Assembly (NCBI GenBank): GCA_004022145.1 | Contig: RCNU01000001.1 | From: Paecilomyces variotii | Lineage: Eukaryota | Length of the DNA stretch: 64,000 nt | Strand: one strand, 5' to 3' | Shown: positions 14,101-27,674 of the stretch, in pieces | Layout of the letters: each line of letters starts with the position of its first letter | How positions within the stretch are numbered: the stretch's first letter is position 1 | Position numbers and translations under genes: made by a program | The notes under the pieces: model-generated | What the model saw: only the letters and a program-made list of their open reading frames with translations | What the model was told of the DNA's origin: nothing | Databases searched by the model: none

Positions 14101-14423
14101 AATTCACCACGGCTCTTGAAAACTCCAACTCTCTGAACGACCGTGCCGCAGCACTGGCAAATGGGTTCATGCCATCGGGCACGCCGTTGTCACCAGGCTT
14201 GCAAGCAAACTTCAAGGGCTTCACCTTCGTCAATGAAAGTTCAATTGACCACCATCTAAAGACACCGAACGAGCGCGTGGAAGAGTATTTCAGAGAGGAA
14301 GACTGGCACCGCGCACATCAAGTTGGAAGCTCTGCCGATCACCGACGCGTCTCTGACCGGCGTATAAGCGGTGCTGTCAAGAGTGGCGAAGGCGAAGCTG
14401 GCATCTTCAATGTCGATGTCTGA
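11133..14423 (+). CDS. SCH9: AGC Ser/Thr protein kinase Sch9/SchA (C2 domain + kinase + AGC C-tail)
   Basis: GKGTFG, YRDLKPEN, DFG, TFCGTTEY and hydrophobic motif FKGFTF; C2 domain upstream. Exon 1 is 11133-11200. Introns 11201-11647 (GTGAGT..GCTAAC..CAG) and 12926-12985. Confidence 0.95.
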
Positions 14424-14460
14424 TTGTCTTTGGCTTGCTAGGTGGGAGATCTGCACATTC

Positions 14461-14490
14461 TCTTGTACACAGGCTTCTTGTACACAGGCT
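14461..14490. repeat. 15-bp perfect tandem duplication in the sch9 3' region
   Basis: TCTTGTACACAGGCT twice. Confidence 0.9.
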
Positions 14491-17400
14491 TCTTTTTTTG
14501 GGAATAAGCGAGATCTGGGGGAGAGGTGTGTTCTACATCACGCGCCCTTTTCCTAATCCATGTGGTTGGTCTTTCATTCTATACCATAAAGCTTGCATGC
14601 GATGACCGGACAAAAGTTTCCTCATCTTCCTTGTTCCATATTCTCAGCACTTTCGCCTGGCCGCACCTTTTTCGTCCTTCGGGTAGTGGGCTCATATGAT
14701 TCCTTATCTAAGACCGTTGAAAGAGTTCCTATGGGTTCCCGGTTTAGAGTTGCTTTTGCCTATTTCTTTTTACTTCTCTGCATTTTGCTATTTGAGTATC
14801 TCCCCGTTTAACTACCCCAGTTCTACCCCTGGTCCTTTGCTGCATTAGCTTGCTTTTCAGTTAAGCCTTCATCATGGTCCTTCCGATCTCATTTTTATGC
14901 TCCCGTTCTTCTGTGTACCAGAGACGAAGTCTACACAGCCTCTGGCAACTGTTTTCGTTTTCATGACACAACGATGGTATATGAATTCACTGCGTTTGAG
15001 CAGTCTCAGGGCAATGTCCTGTGCCGATTTGTTTCCAGATCTTTAGGCGTTCTGCAAGAAAGCCAGCACACGATGTCTGGTGATGTTCATCTTCCTTTTT
15101 TGTTTAACCGTCCCGAGCCCCGGGGGCATTGAGCCTTATGCTCAGTGCTACATTCCGTGATACAATCTACATATCCTGTCATGGTAGGTGTTTCACTGTG
15201 AGGTCTCGCCTGTAGTGTCGAAACCGATAGCGACTTGGTGATAGCACCCGCCTATAGGGCAGTACGTCTGACCCGGCAGCCCTTCTGAGTGTCGATCCCT
15301 GTCGTGACTACTTCTGAATGGGACCTTGATGAGCTTCTGATCCTCGTCTTGGTCGCCCTATGGATGCATGCGCCTCCGCCGGCATGACCTCGCGACATTA
15401 CAGCCCTGCGGGAATCGGGCCCAGCTGCGGGGAGCCTATCGTCTTGGGTTATCATCTAGAGGAACTAGATACTGAATTTCACATTGACCCTCGACCAGAG
15501 TCATTCTCTTGCTTCCTTCTAGTCACTTGAGTAATCCACGATCCATGTCCAGAAATGGTGCGCCTCGACCGACCAAATGGCCCTTGAGAAAGAAAAGCCT
15601 TGTATCATGAGAACGCCATTTACCTCGTGACTTATCCCCACTGCCCAGGACAAATTGTTGGTGAAGTCATTTACAATGCGCGTGGGCGGCTGTATCCGTT
15701 CCTTGCAGAATTCCCGCCTGTCTCGTCCCTTGGAACAGCGTTGGATTCTCGCGACCGGCCCGCTCCGGTCGAGGTCGAGACCCAGACCCAGGTCATTATT
15801 TCATGGAATTTTCTTACTTTTCTAGAAAAAGAGATCTGGAATGGACCAGGAATGTCAGCCAGGAATGCTCCCGCCCTGGATTCCTATGTCCTTGGTACTA
15901 TTCCAATATCCTGCGGACCAGACCAAAATAAAACAAGGAAGAGAACGTGAAACCGAAAGCCATAACAGGCTGCGAAAAGAAGAGGGAAAACAAGGGAATT
16001 TGTTATTACACAGTTAACCACTCCTTTTTTTTTTTTTTTGCCCATTCCGCAGTTCCTTACAACAGGTATGTCTGTGAGCGTTGACTGATGGCGTTTATTA
16101 ACGAATAGCAGTGGTGATAACATTTGATAAGAGAGAAAGAATAAAATAAGATGAGATGAGATATGCTAAAATAATAGAAAGGATAATTAAGAAGAATCAA
16201 GAGCGAAAGCTATCTCAGACCTATTTTTCTATTTTATGATAATATCTTCATCTTAGACAATAATCGCCGCATGACTACGATTGTGATTACTGCGTTACAT
16301 ACAGAATTACATAACTATGTAGATAGTTTACATATACACGCGCATAATGGAGATAGAAACTTCTCATTTTCCTTCGGCTTAGATATAACCATTCTTTCGA
16401 ATCTATTGTACAGTACTAATTGGACTTTGTTTCCTTGGAAATTATATCCTTCCTGTTCTTTATCGTACATTTCTCCCGTGCCATCTAAAAAAACGAGTAG
16501 AACAGGGGGGTAAGGAGAAGAAGGGCGTACGTATATTATTCTCGAATACGTAGTTAGTTAACTATTATTACCCTCTTCCCTCAGCAGTCTTATAAAAAAA
16601 AGACCCGGTATATTCCGAGAAAAATAGTTCCGGGTCTGATCATCTTCAGCTCGACGAAGATCTCCCGCTTATAGAATTCAATTAACTTTTACCTTAAATA
16701 TAAAAAAAGGGTCTTTGCTGAAAAGAATCAGAGAAACAGAGAGAGAGAGAGAGACTTGAGTTAGTACCCACCGCAAAAGACGAATAATCTGCCAGCGGAC
16801 GCCCTCAGGTTAATATACTCTATAGATAACTAAGTTAGCTATTATTACTGCTAGCTATCCTGAAGACTGGTGTTGACCGTAGTTGAGGTGGTGGTTGTTA
16901 TTGTTATTTCTCCCTAGATAGAGCCGGACTCTCTCAGCGCTTACTCCTGACAGTTAAGTAGGGACCGTGAGTTGAGACTTGAGAGATTTTGTTCTAATTT
17001 AGTATCTAGGGTGGAGAGAGCTAGTGAAGTCTAAGGGAAATCACAAAACATAGATTAAAAAAGTAGCTAGCTATCTCGTGCCACTGGTGGGAATGTTTTT
17101 TTAGTAAGAAAAATTGAAAGGGGGTTAGGTAGTTAGGTAACCTTAACTTGATATTGTTGTGAGAGCTGTGTTGATTGCTATATTATTATTGTTTTCTTTT
17201 TGTAGATAAAGTTAAAGCTAAGCATTTAGTTATTCGAGGTGTGATGTTCTTCTGCCTTGAGCTTTTGCTGTTCTGAATGGATGTATGTAGCTGTTTGCTG
17301 AGTAATTATTATAGATGTTAACTAACTAGACCATCGGGTGTTGAGATGAATGTCCTTGCCGTGCTCGATAGTAAATAATAAATATCGGATCAAAAGGAGG

Positions 17401-20276
17401 CTCTTGTTGCTGTGGGCTGTTTACCCCAGATGGATTCTGCATGACAACCTAATCCTGTCCATATGAACTAATATCCAGTAGTTCGGCTAAGTTGGCCGGG
17501 TGATTTCTGCTGGAGATGCAATAATAATGCGTTCAGCCTGACCTGGTTAGGTGTGTGTAGCAGATTGAGCGTTGGCCAAACGATAGTAGAGTGGCGGGGC
17601 CACTCACCGTTTATTTAGCAGAATAACGCACTGTCTTTCTCGTTGTGTCTGGTCAGATAGTTAAATTACTACGTAGGTCGTCGATTCGCTGTCATTAATT
17701 GTATTTTGGCGTCTTGAATTACGACTTCATGTCTTCGGGAATCATGGTCAGATATCTCAGTGAGTGTAGGTGTAACCGAACTCCCAAATATAATACTTTT
17801 CAGTATGGAAGTAAATAGATAGTCCGCAGTGCAAGAGGCCCACTGTTGATCAAAGTAGCTCAGTGGTCGTCGAAGGCGGGACCTTGATATATCAATGCAG
17901 GTGTCTCGATTGAGCAGTCTGAATTCCAACGCTATGACCCAGAAATCCCGTTCCTCAGCGCTAAGCAAGCCGTAGGCGCGAATTCGCCCCAAGCGAGCCG
18001 GACCGGATGATCCACTTCTGGTAACGACCTTCAGGAGCTTTTCGAGGTCATCGGGCTACCTGCGATGGCGAAACATTGCCTCCGCATTTTCAGTTGGGTT
18101 GCTGTCGATGCATGTGCAGGGGAGCGTAGGACGATAATCAGTCGACGATATTAGACTTCGCGAGTTACACGAAAGATCTTCCTTGGCACAGCCAGCCAAA
18201 GCGTCTGCGGAGTGCGATCTGTGTGTTGGGAGGAACACACCGAAATCAAACGGCCGAGTATCTACTCGAGCAACGGCGTCCGAGTACCTGTAGCATTCTC
18301 GGTAGTCCGTGATCATTAGAGAGAGAGTGGAGCGGCCGTTGGATAACTTCAGCGCACGGTCACTTACTACATAACAGATACTGCTGGTGATCTCCTTTTT
18401 ACATGCAGTCCTAGTAATGTTGCTTTTCCAGAACTGTAAGATTTCCATGAGTCCATTTGGCTTAGGTACTGTATCGAGTATGGACTATGGTCAAGAGCAC
18501 GGTGCTAAGAGCAGACCCGTCTTCTCTTCTACCCACTGCGGACCTGGTCGAAAAGTCATCTGGTTGGATTATTATGACACGACCGGAGCATTTTGCGGTC
18601 AGAGGAGGCTGGTATGGCGGCCGCCAAATAACCACGGGGTTCCTGGACTGGTAGACGCTCTGCTTCAAACTACAGTACTTTTTTAGCAGACCCTCTAAGT
18701 TGGTTAGAGTCGTAGTTTACTACTCCCTTGGATATAGTCTTATAGTGAGCCATGCCGGTAAATCGCGCGGTCCACGAGGCGGCAAAAGACGCCATTGCGT
18801 GGCTCGCAGGCCACCATCCGATCTGTTATCTGAAACAATGGAGTGTGCGACTCTGATTCGGCGCATACTGGCAACTCCGCTGATAACAAAAGATCTCGGA
18901 GTGTTTAGAGTTCCGGACCACGAGATTCTGGAAAACAAACGACGCGTGGGATTCGGTCGTCACAAAACGTTTCCAGGATGATAAATCGACGGATAGGGGC
19001 GGCTTGATCGGCCGTGAGGCAATCGTGCAGCATGCCTGGGGTCTCATCATCGATGCCAATAATAATAATAACTAACTAATGTATGCTCTTTGACCTTCTG
19101 CTAGACTGCTATTTTCGTGAGCGTAGAAAGGGTCTAAATCTGGAGTAGAGATCACAGACGTTGCCAGCCTCGCGGCCTGATTGGCCTACAAGGGATATTG
19201 GCGAGCCGATCGGGGGCCGGTACAGCTGATCCTCTCTCCAGTTTCATCTGGAACTGTAAGGGCGCTGAATGTAGTTCACGAGATCGTTCATTCTCAAGAA
19301 TCCAAATGGTGTCATAGTCGCACCCTGGATCCAAGGGTTGCAGTTCCTCCAGCAGGGTGATTGATCCCTCGATGAATTGCGTGCATAATGGACCCTCTCC
19401 ATCGGAAAGAAGAAGTCTAACGGAAGAAAAAGAACCCTGAAGGGAGAATAATAATAACAATGTGTCTAAGATGCCGATGCCAATACCGCCAACAACGGTA
19501 CGCTATCGTGACTAGCAAGAGAGCAGAAAAAGGGGGAGGTTGAAGAATACCCGAAACGGGTTAGCGTTATTGTCCCTGGCGCTAACCCTTTATGACCCAC
19601 CGCCTACGCCCAAACAGGCAAAGCGCCTCCTCCAGACGAAGCAAACCGTCTGTTCGTCTTCCATCGCGCCTTTTCGTCGCTCGTCCATCTCGTGCGGCCG
19701 CCATGGTCATCAAGAATGCTGTATCTACACAATAACTATCTATTCCCGGCAATTGTTGATGTCATCTTGCAAGAAACAAAGAATTCCAGTATCTCGCGGG
19801 TACTAACGTGTTTCCCGCGTGCTGGAGGCGTGTCGATATGTACTGTCAAAAAAAGTTCCCGAAGCTCAGAAAGCCTCCCGGTGATGGATCCATCGTCCAT
19901 ACTCTTTACTTTGTCGCCCCTCTGGACTAACCCCTTCAGAGTTTCCCTGTCGTCATGGCTTGCCAAATCGCACGAGTTCCTCCGCTCCCCTCCACAGCGT
20001 GCTGGCTTTAGCACGGGTGAGAGCCTTCGATCATCGCCCCGGTGGGGAGAGGATCGTCTCGTCGAAGTGCCGCCCCATCCCTACCATACCCTTGCATCTC
20101 CCTTAAAGGTATTGGAGTGGTAGCGGCATGGCTGCGCTGGTGGTCGATGATACTCGAGTCTTAACTGTCTCTCTCCTCGAGATCGAGCCTCTCGTTAACA
20201 CTCCCAATTTTGAACGATCAGGGACTGCCCACCATTCTTTCTCTCACAACTTACCAAATGCTCCAGAATATCGACC

Positions 20277-22731
20277 ATGAGTGTCATCGCTAGCAGACCG
20301 GAAGGGGTTGCTATGCCCTATAATACTGTCCCTCACGAGAGCCATATTGTTCATACCTACAAGGATTCCGCCTATACAGTTGCCATACATTCCGTTCCTT
20401 CGCGAACAACTTCAGTCTCTTCATACTCCAGCAATTTCAGCACTTCTACTGTCCCAACTGTTTACTCTCCGACTTCCCCCACGTCTCCCACATCGCCCAC
20501 ATCTCCGGGCTTTTCCTACCGTACTTTCAAATCTGGTACGCCCCCTCCAAAGCCGACGGAGCCGGTCTTCAGACGCCTACCACAGGAGGTTTACGACTGC
20601 ATTCTGAACCAGCTTGAATTCGAGCATAACGGCCCGCAGAAATCGGGTTGTTTAACATGTTTCCAGCGGGATCTGCACGCTCTTGCCTTAACCAGCAGGA
20701 CATGGGAGAAAGCCGTCCGAAGTAAACTGTAAGCGCATTGACAGATCACTGGAATGAAATAACCTGGAAGAGAGAAAGTCTAACCTGCGTCTTAGATACA
20801 ACCGCATCCACATCATAGGAAATGATTCCCCCACGCAATTGAAGAAGTACAGAATGAAGAGAGGGAGTCGACTAAAGTTGTTGAGACGGACACTACGAGA
20901 GAGGAAATTGCTGGCCAATCTAGTTCTCGAGCTTCGTGTCCCCGAAATAGATCTGCTGTTGGTGAACGGTAGGCAGGCTGCTCAGTTACAGGAATATCGC
21001 GACTTGGTGGCCTCCGTTGTTATGGTGTGTCCGAACCTCGAGAGACTGGTTGGCCTCACAGTACCCTACTACTATGAATTCGACCGTCTCACATACGCAT
21101 TGTCCACGCGGAAGAAGCTGAAGGAGCACACCTGGATATTGGGTGACACTATCGAAACGCCCGATCGAGCCCGGAGTCAGTCGCCACAGAAGTCGCTGGA
21201 ACCGCAGCAAGTGTTCGAGTTCCTCAATAACCATGTGTCATGGTCCAACCTAGAGACACTTATGCTGCATTCCCTGAATATGAACAGCCCGGTAGGACAT
21301 GGAGTCTTCTTGCGAATGTTCAATCTTCTCCCGTCACTCCGTCACCTTTGCGTTTCCTGCTTCGGTGCGGATACATTTACGGATCGGACGTTACTGTTCC
21401 TACCGCCCTTGGAATCACTTCGTCTCGAAAACCTTCGTGGGGTAACAGATACTGGGCTAGCACAATATGCCTCCCGGAAAGAAGCTCAGGGGCTCAAGTC
21501 CTTAACACTCATCGAATTGAACATCGAATCATTACTCGCGATCTCGAAGATTCTGGCTTCTCTAAGGCAATTGGAACGGTTTAGTGTGCAGACGAGTAGC
21601 TGTCCCACATTGCAGTCCGAGGGCATGGTTTTTCAACCCTTGTTGGCATCAGCAAGCCTGAAGCATCTGCATTGGGATGTGGCCAGCCCCGACCCAATCA
21701 ATGCTCTCAGCAATTTTGACTCGGTTCCTTTTGCGAAACCACCGAAGCACAGCGAGACGCCGAATTCTCATCTCGCTCAAAGTATCGTGCATTCAGGGTT
21801 CCCCCGTCTGGAAACCCTACGCGCCCCTTCCGATATTCAACCGGCGGGTATCCTCCAAGGGGTCTGCCAACCTATCAAGCGCGGACAGGCTCTCATTCCT
21901 GCTGATAGATACAGCCTTCCACGGAGTTCCCATGGATCCGTTAACGCGAAGCCACTCGCTCTTCCCGGCGGAAACAATCTAACATCCGCTCGTATCCGCG
22001 CCCAAACATTCATCGATATGGCCGCGAAGGACACTGAGACTGGAATGAAAGTCATCGTTACAGACTACTCCGATTCTTACGTCCCCGACAATGCGCTTGA
22101 AGAGGATGATGATGAGTCTGAATTTGAAATTGATGTATTCGGTGAGCGAGTGGAATCTACGGGCCAGCGACACAATGTCGACCGTGCCGACGATACCGAC
22201 GGACCAATCACAGTTCACGAGTTCAGAATGCCGGCATATATGGGCAGAATAGGTGGACCGAACAGCTTCAGAGATGCAACCATTCCACGATTCATCCTTC
22301 GCCCCGATATTCCCGGAGCCGACGTCGACGGTGGACTGGTCGGATGGAGACACTTGCTAGCCACGAACCAGTCGCTAACTTACTCTGCTGGTATGGGTAT
22401 GAACGTGGACGCCTGGGGTAACCGCAGTGGTAGCATCGTCAGCAGTGTAGCAGAAGAGCCGCTATCGCCAGCGTCAACAACCACTTCCAGATTCGGTGGA
22501 TGGGGCTCGATTGGTGGTCGTTCGCAAATGGCAACGAGTCCGAATACTCCCATCACGCCAATTACGCCCATGACACCTAGCTTCCCATCGTCGAATGCGC
22601 CTCCGTGGGCGCGAGATAGCTGCACCGGTCACTGGAACCATTCGCACACTAAGGGCAAAGATTGGTGGTTCCACATCGAGCGCGACCGGCCGGGTGCCAT
22701 TGAGCCCATCGGGCCAAAGCAATTCTTCTGA
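20277..22731 (+). CDS. Conserved fungal protein with F-box-like motif and leucine-rich (RNI-like) repeats
   Basis: FRRLPQEVYDCILNQL F-box-like motif, then LxxLxL repeats (LETLMLH, LRHLCVS, LESLRLE, LKSLTLI). Intron 20729-20795 joins the two ORFs in frame. Confidence 0.8.
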
Positions 22732-23552
22732 TGGCTTTTTTTCCCTTCTGGATGATTCTCAGGAGGGCATCGCCCCTCGAGAGAGGACCAGCTTTGTTCG
22801 ATATGCATCTTGTTGATGTGTTTCTTTGTACTATGTATACTGCATGGCATGGCATGGCATGAAATATGCCATTGCTCGTTAAGCACTCACCGGATGGGCG
22901 TTTTATGGCTTGATGGATTTGAATATCCTGTTTATTCTTTCGCATTTGTGTTTTTGTTTTTTTTTCTTTGATGCACTGGATACCTGGCTGGCACGGTTTT
23001 GGTTTTTATTTATGGCAGAGGACACAGCCCCTCATTTTCTGGCGAAACAGCAGCGCATTCTTCTTTTTTGTTTTATGGCTTTGGGTTTGGGATTTGTCAT
23101 GGAGATACCTCTCATTTTCTTTCTGTTATCTAACTGCAACTCTGTTTCTCCTTTGTACAACACATCCTGAAAGTTTGTGGATATTTTTTGGTTTCAGAGC
23201 TCTGTCCTGCTTATCTGGAGATCGGAGTCTGTCATTTTCCACGGTCATATGTACATAGCGGATGATCCCTTTTCTTTATGGCACATATCTCTCTTTCTAT
23301 GAAAGAACAGTAATTAATGCCTGGATTTGCTTGTTGGTTAATCATTGATAAGAAAAGTAATGGAACGTGACTAAATAGTAGGTATATCATTATGTCTGCC
23401 TTCTATCTGCCGAAACATTCTTAGAATTATAAGACTCCCCGGAACATCGGGATGGAAGGGACATGACCCATGAGCCATGATGCTGAAAGCCAGAGTTTGA
23501 CTACCAATGGATACAGTACATGACGAGCCGGGAAACATAAGACGTGCGCATA

Positions 23553-25101
23553 TCAGACGTAGATACCCATGTTCGTGTCCTTCTTCTTGGCCTGTACCTC
23601 CGCAATGGCGTCAACGTAGTTTTCGTGTCCGACCTTATTCTGACCCTTGCGCAGAGCGATCATACCGGCCTCGACACAGACAGCCTTGAGCATGGCTCCA
23701 CCGAACTCATCCGTGCTGCGTGCCAGTTCGGCCCAGTTGACACCATCATCGACAGTCATCTTCCGTGAGTGGATACGCAGGATCTGTGCACGCGCCTCCT
23801 CGTTGGGCAGAGGAAATTCGATCTTACGGTCCAGACGACCAGAACGAAGAAGAGCGGGGTCAAGCACATCGATACGGTTTGTAGCTGCTAGCACCTTCAC
23901 CCGGTCATCGGATGCGAAACCATCAAGCTGGTTGAGAAGTTCCAACATGGTTCGCTGCACTTCACGGTCTCCGGACTTTTCTGAGTCGAAACGTTTGGTA
24001 CCGACAGCGTCGAGCTCATCGATGAAGATGATGGAGGGAGCCTTCTCCTTGGCGAGGGCGAAGCAATCCCGCACCAACTTGGCACCATCACCGATGAACA
24101 TCTGTACGAGCTGTGGACCAGCGAGCTTGAGGAAAGTGGCGTTGGTCTGGGCTGCGCAAGCACGAGCAAGCAGTGTTTTTCCGGTACCAGGAGGACCGTA
24201 CATCAGAGCACCTAGACAGGATGTTAGCATGTTTGATACGTATGACGAATCGAGCTCAGCATACCCTTTGGTGCCTTGATACCGATCTTCTTGAATCTCT
24301 CAGCTTCCTTCATGGGCCACACAATAGCTTCTACCAGCTCTTCAATCTGCTTGTCCAAACCTCCAACATCTGTGTACTTCTCCTGGGGCTTCTCGTCCAC
24401 CTCCATAGCCTTGACTCGGCTGTCATATTCGGCTGGCAGCGTGTCCAGAACGAGGTATGAGTCCTTGTTTAGACCGATGAGGTCACCAGGCTTAAGCTTC
24501 TCGTGGTCTACGAGACCGATAAGAGGAAGGAAGATGGTCTGACGCGTGGATGTCTTGATGACGGCGGACTTGCCAACGCGGGTGGCGTCTAGGTCGATAT
24601 TGGCACCCTCCTCAGCCGCCTCTGCCTCGACATCAAGGTCTAACAGTTCAACGACATTACCAACAAGGTATGGTAGTTGTCTGTAAAAGCACCATATTAG
24701 TATTAATCATCGGACACTGTGTGACGACATCGATAAAGGGCGTCTCCAAGCAAACAGCTTAGACTATAAACAAAACCGTACCTGTTGTTCTCAATCTTTT
24801 CCTGGTTGTCCTTCACCTTCTCCTTCATCGTGTTCTGTTCGTGTGTCAAGCGTTGGAACTCGCTCTTCATGATGCGCAGCTCGTTCTCCAGCATCCGTCG
24901 TCGCTTGACGATATCTCTGGTACTCGATCGCAGGATCTCCTCATCTAGCAGCTCTTCTTCCTCTTCCTTCTTCTCCTCCGCATCCTTCATGTCGGCATCG
25001 CCATCTCCTTCGGGCTTCTTGCCGTCGCCTTCGCCTGGGTGCTGCTTCTCCTCCTTGTCTTCGCGCCGCTCAAGGTCATCGAGATCCTCGAGAGTCGACA
25101 T
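23553..25101 (-). CDS. RPT5: 26S proteasome AAA-ATPase regulatory subunit 6A
   Basis: [36 protein letters not shown] and C-terminal HbYX tail IYV. Introns 24681-24781 and 24212-24264. Confidence 0.97.
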
Positions 25102-25297
25102 GGCGTGCGGGTGGGCAGACGAACAAAGACAAGGAACAGGATATAGTCAAGTAGGAATCAGACGTAGGAAATAGTGTAGGTAATGCACGCGGAAGATGGA
25201 GTGGTGCAAGCTGGGGATGCTGCGGCGATGTTGTCTGTCTGGAGAACCGCCGACGAGCTCTGGGCGGTCCAGCCAACGACGCAAGCTCGCCCTGCCT

Positions 25298-25311
25298 GTG
25301 GTCACGTGATA
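25298..25311. promoter_or_regulatory. Extended E-box upstream of RPT5
   Basis: The identical 14-mer GTGGTCACGTGATA about 200 bp upstream of the ATG. Confidence 0.55.
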
Positions 25312-25577
25312 TCACCTCATCTCACGTAAGAAGCTCTTCAACCCCAACATTCGCTATTATTGATCTCTATCCTACAGGCATAGCCTTTCTATACCTTTCG
25401 TCCCCTTAAGCATGATGTGGTCGGCCTCCTTAAAGAGAGACGGTTCTCCTAGTGACGCCAAAGAGTAGAATGTCTACCATTGCTTCTTTTTTGAAAGTTG
25501 ATCGCAACCGCTCTATCCGGATGGTCACTTTTCTCACTTTTCTATAGTACTGTACAACTGTCCATTGCCAAATACTT

Positions 25578-27674
25578 TTACTCCTCTTGTGGCCAATCGA
25601 GGGGGTCAGGATAAACTCCAAGTGTATTCAGAGCCCGCTCACGGCCAAATTTAAGCAAACGATGTCGGGACACGAAATCGTCATTATTGACTGCCAACCG
25701 TTAGTATTGAGAATGTCCACCAAGTCACTGGTCAATATCCAGCAGCTTGAAAAGGCTCACCATAACCACCGCACATCCTCCGCTTTCCCGTAAATTCTGA
25801 CCGCCCATGAAGCATTCTCCAATTGTCAAAGACTAGACCGTCTGTTAGAGGATCGTCCTGCAGACACGACGGTCATGAAGGTGAGTCACTTACTGAGAGC
25901 AGTCCCGGGTTCCAGCTGTGTCCAAATCTCCATTTCTGGACGCTTGATGATTTCATTCCAGTGACGGGCTGCGTCGTACCAAACTTTCTGTTGCTTCAAA
26001 TTCCAGTCTGACTTCGGCGCCCTGTCATAGTTGTTCCAACGAACCATATAGAGCTGTCTCGACCTCGGGATAGTATGGAAGACGTGGGTCCCGTATACCG
26101 GTTGGATGCACACACTTTCGTTACCACTCGAATGAGCAGGCGTCTGGAGGCAACCGAGGATTTCAGCATGTTGATGATTTTCTCGTAGTAGCACTTCAGC
26201 AGCTTTAAATCCATCTACAAGCAAGCTTGCTCCACCTTCACCATGCGTATGCGACAGAAGGTGGAATAGCTGCAGCCTCGAGGGATCAGTAAAGTATGTG
26301 TTATCTGTGTGAGCACCCAGGAACTCTGATGTATACGCGGTGTCCTTGAATGTAAGATCCGAGGTGAAGTCCCAGAATCCGCCTGCTGGATCTTAGTTTC
26401 CTGTCTCACTTCGGTTGAGGGAAGGACCACGCACCGTAATGTGTAGGCCTGATAAAAGCGATTCTTTCAATGAGTGTTTTTGTCTTCTCTGGGTCAATTG
26501 GGACGCCTTTCACAAAGCAGAAACCCCATTTGTGCTGACTAGAATGAGCTTTCTTCCACTGCAAACAGGAATGGTTTGGTCCTAACGTACGATCTGCTCA
26601 ATCCATTCCAGGACTCCTTGATCATTTTCCATAACAGAGTCATAGGAAACCGTGGGGAAAGTCTTAGAGTCGGACTTTACCGACTCGAATGGTCTGCGGA
26701 AAAGTTAAGGGTCAATACGTAACACAGTATACTGAAATTGGGAATACCTAAATGTCAACGGGTTCAGGGGAGTCCTCCTGGAACCGAACTGATGTTCCTT
26801 CAGGAACGCATACGGATAGACACCTGTGTGGCCATCCGACCCTATAGTAGCCCAATCTTAGTTTAAGCGCCACGAGAGATGGGCAGGTGGACACGTACAC
26901 TTGATTCTTGTACTTTCTTCTTCATAACTCACATCGATGAAGTCAACATCTTCAGGTATCTGCCTCGCTGGTCAGGTCCTGGTATTTCAGACTCAATGTA
27001 TCAAGCACAAAACTCACAGAGAATGTGTCCACAATACGTTGCTTCGTGTCCGGGTGGACGCACTCAGAACACTGACAATGATCCCTGCAACAGACCAATG
27101 AGTCCTAGTCAAGAAAAGGTAAAATAGTGAAGGCATTATTACCTGAGCCAGAATGTTGGACTAGGATGGCCTTAGAACCCAATCTCGAAGTTGACCTCAA
27201 AAACAAGTAGACAGAATACTTACTAGGTACGATCGCGACGACCGATTTTCTCAGTATTCAGGGTGATTTTTCGTATCGGATCCTTAGTGTTCCACAGATT
27301 GCTTGTACTATAACTAGACCTCAAGGGGATAGTAGGTGTCTGGGAATGCGAAGTTGCTTTTGGGTCAGAAATTGCGGGCTGCACCCAGTCCAGCATAGAC
27401 TCTGAAGACGTCGATTGGAGCCTTCGACCAGTGGAAGCCTGCGTCTGTGGTTAGACTGATATTTTCTATTTAAGAGAGGCATTGATGGTATCTATGATCT
27501 AGAACAAACATGTCATATACATTACATACCCAGACGGGGCCTTGTCTCGTGGATAAAGGCGAGCTGTGATGGTACCCTCACGTTAGGTTTCCCTTCTTAC
27601 CACAGCCTAGAGGATGAAGCTCACCACGCATATTTCCTGGACAGGACAGCCCTAAGAGGAGACAATCGGCTCAT
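25578..27674 (-). CDS. Trimethyllysine dioxygenase (TauD/Fe(II)-2OG family, carnitine biosynthesis); 12 exons
   Basis: Hand-spliced translation gives WLRDHCQC..CVHPDTKQR, W-SDGH, GFCFVKGVP, AHTDNTYF (HxD), GGASLLVDGF and FDNWRMLHGR. The Arg/Ser-rich N-terminus MSRLSPLRAVLSRK resembles a mitochondrial presequence. Confidence 0.88.

Noticed and set aside
17669..19460. Short ORFs that could be transposon remnants
   Set aside because: No transposase, RT or integrase motifs, TIRs or LTRs are visible.
1..20276. Telomerase RNA, snRNA, 5S rRNA or TPP riboswitch in the large intergenic regions
   Set aside because: By eye I found no TAACCCTAA-type template, U1/U2/U6 signature or TPP aptamer core. An Infernal scan would be decisive.
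25823..26430. Dioxygenase fragments suggesting a pseudogene
   Set aside because: Canonical introns restore a complete open frame across 12 exons.
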